64,000 nucleotides of DNA from Podarcis pityusensis (Eukaryota): NCBI GenBank assembly GCA_964106645.2, contig OZ067038.1, one strand, 5' to 3'. A program made the position numbers and the translations under genes. This document shows, in pieces, positions 54,057-64,000 of the stretch. The notes beneath the pieces were generated by a model. It had not been told where the DNA came from. It did not search any database and worked only from the letters and a program-made list of their open reading frames with translations. How positions within the stretch are numbered: the stretch's first letter is position 1; every line of letters begins with the position of its first letter.

Positions 54057-55609
54057 CGCGGAGGAGGCACGGACAAGGAGCCATGGCAAGTTGACTTGTA
54101 TGAAGTTCTACACATTTCTAGCAGCCTCAGTTACAGCTCTTTTGTCACCAGTTACAGTCTTCTTTGCCATGGAACTGCATACACCCATCCATAAAGATAT
54201 ACCACCAGCACAGATGTAGGATCCCTTGGTAACTGGGGAAAGGGGAGGGGAGGAAGAACAAGAAGGCATGCTGTATTTTCTAAGAACTATATAGCTCTTA
54301 ATCTCCATATTTTTAAAATCTTGGGATTTTAAATAATGGCATTCAAATAATGGCATGCCAAACAAACAGAAAAATGACCAGCTTTTGTCATCCAACTCCA
54401 GCTATAACAATAATACTAAGCAGCAGTTTTTGCTAACATGCTTCTAAGACAGGTACAAGGGTGGTTTAGGCTGCAATCCTAAACTTGCTTGTCTAGAAGT
54501 AAGTGCTACAGAACTCAGCAGGATTCAGTTCCGTCCATTAGTAGTCACAGTGTTGCAATGTACATTAGGTCACCTTGCTTGGATTTAAGATATTGATTTC
54601 AAACCACTAAAAATGAATGCCAACATTATTCTGTTTTCTCCTCCCAATGCACTTTCAAATGCCTGTCCTAAAAAATGCAAGGAGAGGGCACTTCATGATA
54701 TATGTATTTCACTGCTATGTTTGGCAAGCCTATGGAAGCTGGTCAGCCAAATTTATGGTTTGCTAGTAAAACAATCTTTCTAAGTACATTTGCACACATG
54801 TTAAGATTCATGTCTTATAAAGTGTGAATAAAGTAGTGTCAGAAATAGTCTACAGTAAAGATGTTTTGACAGATGCTCATAGAGGAAAACAAATGTGAGC
54901 ATCTCCTGAACAGAGTGACAATTTACAATATACCTGAAGAGTTGGAAGAATTTCAAGCAAGGAGCTACTAACTCAATGTATTAAAAATGGGTAGAAAAGC
55001 AAACAGTGACTGAAAAAAGGACCAAGACAGGACCACCACTATAACTTACTGCAAGTGTGCACACTTTAGACCAATGGTAGTTGTCCTATCAAGGACAGAG
55101 AGCTCTTTTGTCACATCCAGCTGTTCAAAAGAAAGAGGAATTTATTGAATCTTTTAACGTATTTTATGCTGTTGCCAGAAATGTATGCCATGGGCATGAA
55201 GACCAACTGTGATCCACATGCATTATGCTTAAATGTTACAGGTGGGGTGGGATCATTTGTTGTGTGTGTTTGGTGGGATTTCATGCCAAGTTTAATATGT
55301 TCATAAACCATGACGACGTGTGTGACTAATTGGTCAGGACTCCTTGTTATGCTTCATCAATATATCAGTATACTAAAAATGTGCAAGAGATTTTTCCACT
55401 AATCAGGAATAAGTGGAGAATAAGTAGAGCGAAATCAGTACACCCAGATAAAAGTATTTTCAAAATGTAACGTTTTGCTGCAATTATACTAAAGATATGA
55501 TATGAGAGGCTGGTGAAATTATATTATCAGCCATAGGACAAACCAGTACATGGCGGAAAATAAAGCAATTCAAGTATGTCTACAGCTTAGTAGCAGAGTG
55601 CAGCAATAT

Positions 55610-55920
55610 TCCCCTACTCACTGTGGCTAGCAACTGATATTCAGATGCATACTACCCCCAAAACTGGAGATAATTTAGCCATCCTGAGTAGGGCCACTGA
55701 AAGTCTTGTCCTCCATTAATTTGTTTAATTTCCTTTTAAAACCATCTCAGAAAGCGGTCATCCACCCCATCTCATGGAAGTGCATTCCATAGCTATAAAC
55801 TTTGCACTGTGTGAGAAAGTACTTTCCTTTTGTTTCTCTGGAATTCATTGACTGATCCCTAAATTCTAGTGAAACGAGAGGAGGAGAAACAGTTCTCTCT
55901 ATCCACTTTCCCCCACATTA
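55610..55920 (-). mobile_element. CR1 fragment (ORF2 end / 3' UTR)
   Basis: gcattccatag.t..a.ttgcactgtgtgagaaagtactttccttttgt and tctctatccactttc resemble the reverse complement of 6740-6910. Confidence 0.65.
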
Positions 55921-56367
55921 TGATTTTGTACTTCTGCCTAATACACCACTGAATATAAAAGGAAAAAGAAAGTAGTGTATAGAACCTTCTACCACATTAA
56001 AAAAAAGGTCTGATATATCAGATACATTTCAAAACAATAGTCAATAGTCCATCTTGACATTTTCCTTTGCCAGTAACCCATTGCCATTTAGACAATAATG
56101 GGATAGATTGACAAAACAGCCTGACTTGATTTAAGGCAACTTCATTCAGTTAAGATCTGGAACAATAATATGTTTAGATCTGTTCCTTAGAATTGAGAGG
56201 AGTGCCACATTCTAAATTACCTACATTGGAATTCAGGATAGAGCATTAAAACTGCAAGAAGTACAATATCTGTGAGTTATAAAGGATTCATGTTTAGATA
56301 TTTTTTTCCATCTATTTCTCCAGTCTGGGCTTTAGGAGAACTATGCTGAAGGTTACACTTTATATTT

Positions 56368-56409
56368 AAAAAGAAAAGAAAAGAAAAGAAAAGAAAAGAA
56401 AAGAAAAGA
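56368..56409. repeat. (AAAAG)n microsatellite
   Basis: Read directly. Confidence 0.95.
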
Positions 56410-57373
56410 AGAATTGCAAGCAGATGATGACACATAAATAATTTCACTTCATGCTCACATTGGAAACTACAACAGGCCATAGCTTCAAGTGCAAAGCACT
56501 TCATGTACATATGCAGAAACACATGCGTATGCAATTATTGCAAGCCATAAGAAACTTTATTCTGTACCCTAGAACTACTCTGTGTGCAGAAAATTGATAT
56601 CTGAAGTATCTTTTACTCCACAAATCCCATTTTTAATAGGATTATTCCTGAGTAAATTAATTGTGGACTGATGCCTAAATGTTAATCCAGAAGGCATTTG
56701 TATACACATGCTTTTCCAAGTTCAAATGCAACTATAAAAATCTAAAAATCTAAATATATTAAGAGTTTTTAGGATCAAGTGTGCTGCTGGGGGTGCTTTT
56801 AGTTTCCTGCAAATTACTGAGCTAAAATGCATCACCAAGCTTTTTCCTCTCCCCTGTATAAGGCTTTACCTTTCAAAGGAATTTTACAACGGCAAACAGA
56901 AATGATGCTTTGATGCTATACTTTAAAATCAAAATGTTGAGAATCAAACACCATACATTTTAAACTTGGATCGCCATATAGCTTTTTTCGTTTTACCACT
57001 TCTAAGCAAAAAAAAAAAAAAGAAGAAGAAGAAGAAGAAGCCAGTTTTAGCCAAATTTAAAATTCATAATACAAATCCTATTGTGAACAGACCTGGGATC
57101 AAGAGTTTTGTGTGTCAGCCACTAAACAAGGCCAAGCACTGAATCAGTGTTAAATTCCTCACATGCAGCTACGCCCAGTTAATCTGCTTGAAAGCAGCAA
57201 ACTATGTAAATCTACTTATGCTAGTGAGATAAACATTACAGTCATCAAAAATGTAACAACATGCAACAAGAATGACTGTTACTTGGCAAAAGTGGATGTT
57301 GGGGAGGGGAGCAGAACACCTCACAAAACAGGTTGTCTTACAACCAACTTATTTTCAAGCAGTACTGACTGGC

Positions 57374-57374
<1 letters not shown>

Positions 57375-57410
<36 letters not shown>
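57375..57410. repeat. (CA)n microsatellite
   Basis: Read directly. Confidence 0.95.
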
Positions 57411-57411
<1 letters not shown>

Positions 57412-60400
57412 AACTTCCTCCCCTAGTCAAGTTTCTCCACCAGCTCTGCAGACACACAAATTGCATACAGAATCGACAGCAAACCATGCTTTCCTAAGGA
57501 AAGCTTAAATCAGTTTTTGCTTTCACATCTGCAATTCAAATGCATTTGAGAAGCCGCTCTCTTGTCTCACACTAAGATTCACAAGAAACAAAATTCCAGG
57601 CTAAATTTGCATCACCTGTGAAAACACCCCAATTCTCTATTCATATAGCAATACCCAGGAGTCTCAAAAAAATGTCTCTGATTTATACAAAGCGAAGAGG
57701 AAAAACCAGACTGCATGAACAGGTTTCTGAAATGGTTAAGATAAAAAACGTATTTGGTAAAAGAGTTAAAATTTGATAGTGCTCCAAGGTAGCCTCTTTG
57801 TTGGTAAAATGCCCTTTTAATTTTAAATATTGTCTGAAGTAAAGCATCAATAACTTTTAAAGACATTACCGCTCTTGCTTGGAAGATTATGATTTGTATC
57901 CGGATATTCTAGAAAAAGAACACATGCGCATTTCAACTGTGTTCCATTATTCTGTATTACCTAGCCACAGTTTCCAAAGTAATTCTGACCTGAGCAAAAG
58001 AGGACTTCAGCATGCTCCATTCTGACCACGATGCAGGAAAATCCTGTTTAAACAGATGACTTCAGAGATCAGTGTTCACTGTTCACCATAACAGTAGAAT
58101 ACAGGAAAAGATTAGGCACCACCTATCTCTTTCTGACCTGAAAAAAGAGATATCTAGCTGACTGGCTCCTATGACTAATGTAGACGAGAAGCAGAAAGCA
58201 GTATAGCAGGTCTTTACTCAAAGTACTGTAATTATATATTCTTCTGTAACGTGAACAGGTTATTTAAGCAGCAATACACTCATGCGCATATGGAAGACAC
58301 ATGAACATTTTTTCAACGTTTTGAAATTAATGCACAATTTCTTTCTACAAAAGTTGTCAGGAAAGTGTCTTCCCTTTGCCTTATGCATTGTCTCAAGGTT
58401 GTCCAGGCTCTAGGACCTAGGACAGTCCATCCTTCTCTACCTCTTCAGTGGGAGTAAGCCCTCTGAGCTGAAAGGAACTTCATTTTGAGTAGAGATGTAT
58501 GGGACTACCCTGTGACATATACTAAGAGTGCCTCAATGATAGTTCAAAAGATTTTGGAACCCAGACTTTATTATCTTGTATAACGATATCATAATAACAT
58601 GTACGCTTTGTTTTTTGTTTTTTTTTGTTTTAACTCTATTATTTTGTCTGATCAACAACAAAAGCATATGTGTTCTTATGATATATGCTTCATGAAAAGG
58701 CACATTTATGCTCTATTATGACTTACAGTTATTTTAAAAGGGATATAATGTGACAATAATGTATTGAATTTTATTGGATTTTTCTAACTTAATGAAAAAA
58801 CTGGGAAACATACTGGAGCAGGGGTGTGGGGGGGGGAACCTGCGCTGAAAAGCTTAATATGGGTCATTAAATTTTCTATTTTAAAATATTAGGATAATTT
58901 TAGGGTGAAATAAGAATATCTGCACATTAAAAACCAGACAACCACTTTTTTTATCACCTAGATTCATAAAGACATCTGCAAAAATGACATCATGAAAAGC
59001 ACTTTTGAGTGACGAGGAGCCACAGTTGTCCCCAATTAAAATCAATAGGAGCTTATGCAGGCAAGAATGCAGGCACACTCAGCCTTCCCTGTGTGGGAAG
59101 TGTTTCACCAAAGAATGGCTTGACACCAATAAAAGGAATCTTTGGTACCCAGGGTCTTAGGACCACATAATGACCACACATTCGTTTTTTCCGCTCCCCA
59201 TTGAAAAAGAAGTCTGTTTGTTTTTCTGATTCAGTCAGCCCTTTTAGCTCTTTGAATTCAAGGAGTGCACTGTGAAAAGAAGAGCATCTTATCAGTGTGT
59301 TCCAGACCAGCAGGCCGACTCACATCCGCATGCAAAACATACACCCCTTCCAAGTGAAAGGCTTGCCCTCTGCACTCCCCACCCCGCCTTTCATCACCAG
59401 CAGCCCATGGTGCCACTGACAAATCAATGAACACACAAGACTCGAAAAAGTGCCTGGCTTAATTAACTAGCTTTTCAGACTCCAACACTCCCTAAGTATT
59501 TGTTTACATAGTATTTGCAGACCGAATAATGCTATCCTTTACTGTACCATCCACACGGTAATAGTTCTCTATTAAAAAGTGAGAGGATACCAGCTAACCA
59601 AAAGTATCCACTAACTATGCCAACTAATAAAATTTACCAACACTTACAAATTAAGGCTTTAAAACTTGCTAAAACATGAAACAAAATAAGATAGGGTTTT
59701 CATCGTTCAAAGTACTTTATGAAATTCACAATATCCTCAAAAACTATTGGTGAGGTGGCTTTAAAAATTAAATCAGTACTCCATGAAATCCTTGGCAGAC
59801 ATATATTGTACAGTAACTATTCTCTGCCTACAATAAAGTCAAAGACAGGCCAATTCTGCTATTTTATTTATCTATTTTATTCATTAAATTTATATGTCAC
59901 TCTTCATTGTAAGATATCAGGGCGGTTCGCAGAATAAAATACAGGACAAAAACCTGTAAATAAGTAAAATGAAACAGCAAAACAATATCCCCCAAGCCTG
60001 TAAAGTTACAATAATTAACTTATTTAACCACTTACATTGGTGTAATCTCACTAAAGTCATCACAGACACTGATTCACTTCCTTTAAGTTACTGAGAACAG
60101 GCCCAACTCCCCACCACAAGAAAACCATGAGTTCTTATTTTCTAACCCAATTTCTTCCTGATCACCTCTAAAAGAGGATTCACAAAACGCACACACACAA
60201 TACATGCATACCCAAACAAAGAAACACCCAACAGCAAAAGAACTTTGTGGAAGGCAGCAAAGTAAAAAATGAATGAACCACAACTGCTTCATAATGAACA
60301 ACGTAGCTCTCAGAAGATTGTTGAAGGAGGCATTTCCAACTGCCATCTTATTTTTAAAAGCAGGTTATTAGTACAACAACCATTGTACAACATTGTACTC

Positions 60401-61389
60401 TGCCTACTACGATGTCCTTTTTCGGCATAATTAAATCAGCATGTCAGACTGAGGCAGATTCATCCTATTTATTAGAATCCAATTTTCCTACAGTCTGAGA
60501 CAGGATGGAGCAGGAAGTGGGCGGGAAACAAATCCGTAAGAATTTTGCATCTAGTTACCCCTTAACACGTTTTAAACATTATTCCTTAAGATTAAAGAAT
60601 GGCAATGGGAATAATTACACATGTTTTTACCTTACATGCTGCCATTATTATTATTATTATTATTATACTAAAGGGGTGTCTTATCCCAAATGTATTTTGT
60701 TTGTTTTTTTACCTGGGGGGATATTTCCCACAAGTACGGGCCATCAAGACCCGCGACCGCACTATTTTGGGGGGTGTCTTTTTATTTTAATTTAAGGATA
60801 TAAGTGGAGTCGCTTCGCGTTAAGGGGTTCCCACTCCTACTTGGCTGTTTCAGTAAAAACGGAAACGGTCGGTCTCAAAGTTTCGATTTCCAAATCATGT
60901 TGTCGCAGGCTCTAGAAAGCCAAAAGGAAAAAAAGAAAGAGGGGTGGGGGAGCCAAAGAGGGGAGGAAAAAAAACCCTCACTTGTTGCTCGGAGCCTGAT
61001 AGGGAGTTCCCCCTGGGCTGCAGTGGTTGTACCACCTAGGAAAGTTGCCCAATCTGGCACCTCCTGCTCAACCCAATTACGACGAGGCAAAAGATGTCCT
61101 TTCTTAAATCTCCAGGGGTGGGATGGGAAGGAGAGAGAAGGTTAAAGAGGATCGCACGTGACATAAACTTAAAAGAGACACAGACTTCTTGTCTATAGCC
61201 CCCCCTCCCCCCGGGCAGTGGGGGTGGGGTGGCCCGAAGACGCTTCCTCCACAGACTGCTTAAGAGCAAGCCCCGACGCCTCCAAGTCCCCACCCCTCTT
61301 CCCTTCCCCGAGACCTCCTCCGCCTCTCCCCCTGCCATACCCACCCACAAATATTATAACGCGATTCCCCACCCCCCACCCCCGTTTAC

Positions 61390-61458
61390 CTGCTTTCTAT
61401 AAGGAGTCCTGCCGCCGCCCGCAGAGTTACTGCTGCTGCTGCTGTTGGGGAAAATCAT
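61390..61458 (-). CDS. RBMS1: RBMS1 alternative first coding exon, MIFPNSSSSSNSAGGGRTPYRKQ (69 nt)
   Basis: ATG in GCG-ATG context (G at -3) inside the CpG island; donor CAG|gtaaac; phase 0 fits exon 2. Resembles the mammalian MIFPS..GG..RTPYRKQ N-terminus of Rbms1 (from memory). Confidence 0.88.
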
Positions 61459-61673
61459 CGCCCAGCCAAACAGCGAGCCTCCCCTCCGCCCGGGAAGCAA
61501 CTTTGGAGGCAACTTGGCGGGCGCGCGATTCAGGGAGGCGGCCGCGGGGAAGTGCCTCTCTCTCGCCGGCTGCTGGGACTGGGCTCCTCTTCTCCTGCCG
61601 CTGGCTGGCTCGACGCCTCTGCCGCCGCCGCCTCCACCCTCTTCTTCTCCCTTGGCTGAGTCTCTCATGCAAC

Positions 61674-61708
61674 GCTGCTGCTGCTGCTGCTGCTGCCGCT
61701 GCTGCTGC
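61674..61708 (-). repeat. (CAG)3 CGG (CAG)7 trinucleotide repeat upstream of the exon 1 ATG
   Basis: Read directly. Confidence 0.95.
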
Positions 61709-61885
61709 GCGTCCTCCTTCCCCTCTCCCGGGATCCCTGGCGGCTGCAAAGCCAGGCTGAACGCAGACAATCAGCCCAGCCTGCCAGCCATAAAAGTCAC
61801 TTCATTGATCGATCTACTACGATCCGCGGCGGCGACTTCTGCACCTACTATCGGCCTCAACCACCGCCCAGAGAGGGAGAGAGAA

Positions 61886-61908
61886 ACACACACACACACA
61901 CACACACA
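61886..61908. repeat. (CA)n microsatellite in the CpG island
   Basis: Read directly. Confidence 0.95.
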
Positions 61909-63728
61909 GAGGCTGAGAGCGCGCAACCGAAGAGGAGGGAGGAGGTGGGGGGGAAGGAACAGCCCAGTGCAGGCACCGCGCCGCCTCCACGCCTCCAAGC
62001 TGCAGCGGCGACAGTGAAGTCTTGGGCACTCGGCGCCGCTTGCCTTTGTCCCCCGAGGGGCGGGCTGCTCCCCCGAGCGCGCGGGGTTCTGCGCCGGCAG
62101 GAGGCGCCGGCCGCTCCCTTCCCCCCTGCCCGTCCCGCCGAATGGTTGGTTCTGCCTCCTGCATACCGCGCATTCCTCGGGGCAGCCAGTCAGTCGGCGC
62201 GCTCGGCCGCCCCTCGCCTCTTTGCGCGCACCAGCGGCAGCACTGCTCTCTACGTGCCGGCCCAAGAGCCCTCCGGTGGCGGGCGGGGGAGAAGGGATCG
62301 AGCGAGGGTGTGGGAAGGGGAACCCAGAGAGCCCCCATCCGACACCTTCGTCTACCTTGGAGAACAAAGAACCCCAAATTTGGCCAAAGGACTCGCGCTC
62401 TTCCACGCTGTAAATCTCATGGGGAAAGCGCGAAATGTCTGCGGGTCTGTTTGAGAAGGAAACGAGAGAAACTGCCAAGGGAGTGCGCCCTCCCATTCCT
62501 CTCGCGTTGCGTTTGCGCCGACGAGCCCCGTAGTGGGCGCGGAAAACCGCGCACCATTTTAGTTTCTGTGTTCAAGGAGAGGCCCAGTTGTCAGTGGCCG
62601 ACTCCAGCTTCTTGCAGATGGCTTGGAAAGGGCCCAGCCTTCACGAGGGCGCAGCCAGGACGCTTCACGTCTTCCCAAACACTTTAGGTCACAGGGAGAA
62701 AGCTACTTTTACCAACAGGCTCAGAAGCCAGAGAATTAATTCGCGCTCCACTCACTGCAGAGTTTGGCACGAACTTTTCGACTCGTGCCACATCAAGGGA
62801 CGAAACTAAAACGCGCCTCTCTCCACCCCACCTCCCTACCCCGCTGTCCCCGGGGAGACTGCAAGCTACCCTAGTGGCAGAGGAAATAATGTGCGTGCGT
62901 AAAAACTTGACAAGGACTCCAAAGCTTGTGCCAAAGCCTTGTGATCTCCAGTAATATGATCCCCGACACAGGCGCGTACAGAGATTGTGAAACTGCTATT
63001 AAAGCGCCAAACCCCGCTCTTCAAGTAACTGCGTTCTTATTAGCTACGAGATCAACTTTTTAAAATGACCTAATTTTCGTATACGGAGCGGCCCGCCCAA
63101 TAGCAGTCAGGCGGCCAACAACAGTCAGCCCAATAAAACGACGAATACGTATCTGTAAAGTAGACGCACTGGTTTTCATGTCCCCTTAAATTGCTTCGCT
63201 GTGGATTTGATTTGTTGAATGAACAACGAAGATGAGAGATATTCTGGAATCTTAATTTGGGAGTAGGAAGCTTAAATATCTACTTGTATCTTTAAAAGTA
63301 ACTCCCAACAAAAACCAACAACAGTAGTATGGGGTTGTACCTTCGTAATGGCTACAAAATTGGATGATTAGACTACAGATAAACCACAAACGTGAATAAG
63401 ATTCTGCAGAGTAAGAGGACCATAGGTTGCAACCTTGTTTCTTTTCTTTTCTCTGGGGGCAGTGATTGACTGTGGCTGCAAAGTCTAGACTTAAATGTTA
63501 CACAGGAACATTACTTTGTTTCAACATGGTAACCCTGCGGCCAAAAAGTCTTTCTATCATGGGAATGTAGGAGGAAAGAAGCCAGTTTTTAAAAGCATGT
63601 TGGCTTTACAAGAATAAAAACTGCATTTTTACCACCTGGCCCTATACGTGTTTACTTGGATGTAAGACACTGTGTTAAATGGTACTCACTCCACATTTTA
63701 AGTATGCACAGGAATACCACGCTGGTAC

Positions 63729-64000
63729 TTATTTTTTAAAAAAATAATATTTATTGAATTTTAAAGGGTTACAAAAAGAAAAAATTAAAAAACAGCATAT
63801 TTAAGAAATACAAAACATCACATCACAATAATAAAAAAAAGAAACAAGAAAAAAAAAAATACAACGAATCTTCCCTTAACTTATCTTTCATTTGCTTATT
63901 TCCTTGACCTCCTCACACCTCCCTTTTTTGTATTCTAGTTCAATTAGCTATTTCAGCAAATCCTTTCCATCTTTTCCAGTTTTTGTCCTCTATTTTATCT
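63729..64000 (-). mobile_element. Probable L1-type LINE 3' end running off the window
   Basis: T-run plus tttatt (minus-strand AATAAA and A-tail), then a ttgacctcctcacacctccctttt motif resembling lizard L1 3' UTRs; no ORF in view. Confidence 0.45.

Larger units (their letters stand above)
1117..61458 (-). other. RBMS1: RBMS1 gene model, partial (alternative exon 1 to exon 9; 3' exons lie beyond the window start)
   Basis: Nine exons splice in frame (phases 0,2,1,0,2,1,0,2,0) to 298 codons with two RRMs. Residues [23 protein letters not shown] and AGMTLTYDPTTAA match RBMS1 rather than RBMS2/3 as I recall those proteins. Confidence 0.96.
60730..63150. promoter_or_regulatory. RBMS1: CpG island / promoter of the RBMS1 alternative first exon
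   Basis: Abrupt rise in GC and CpG density against the CpG-depleted AT-rich intron. GC-box-like GGGCGG (~62281) and CCGCCC next to CCAAT (~63093-63101); surrounds exon 1. Edges are approximate and the TSS is not determinable. Confidence 0.88.

Noticed and set aside
61218-62687. Cluster of long overlapping ORFs (180-241 aa) on both strands
   Set aside because: Low-complexity Pro/Arg/Gly/Ala translations expected from a stop-poor CpG island; no recognisable domain. Only the 23-codon exon 1 is supported.
1-64000. CRISPR array, operon or other prokaryotic/viral system
   Set aside because: Sequence is spliced vertebrate gene plus TE relics; no regularly spaced repeat-spacer array or dense coding region seen.

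Overview
Vertebrate genomic DNA, almost certainly from a squamate reptile and probably a lacertid lizard. That assignment rests on the repeat content: Sauria SINE, RTE-BovB, tRNA-derived Squam-type SINEs, CR1, L2, and hAT and Tc1/mariner MITEs. Nearly the whole window is the 5' two-thirds of RBMS1 (MSSP-1, a two-RRM ss-nucleic-acid binding protein) on the minus strand. I traced nine coding exons (69+176+59+92+158+80+116+50+94 = 894 nt, 298 codons); all have GT-AG boundaries and consistent phases. Translation starts in a CpG-island alternative first exon (MIFPNSSSSSNSAGGGRTPYRKQ, 61458). The canonical MGKVWKQQ first exon and the exons after exon 9 were not found and presumably lie outside the window. 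The rest is intron containing TE relics, microsatellites and a few repeat-free blocks that may be conserved enhancers. I see no prokaryotic-type system, CRISPR array, intact autonomous TE or second gene, and no convincing novel biological system. The best leads are regulatory: a complex 5' leader (micro-uORFs, an in-frame upstream ATG and an in-frame CAG repeat), an oddly built exon 3 acceptor bracketed by inverted MITE copies, and several candidate alternative splice events. Family names are from recognition or recollection, not database searches.
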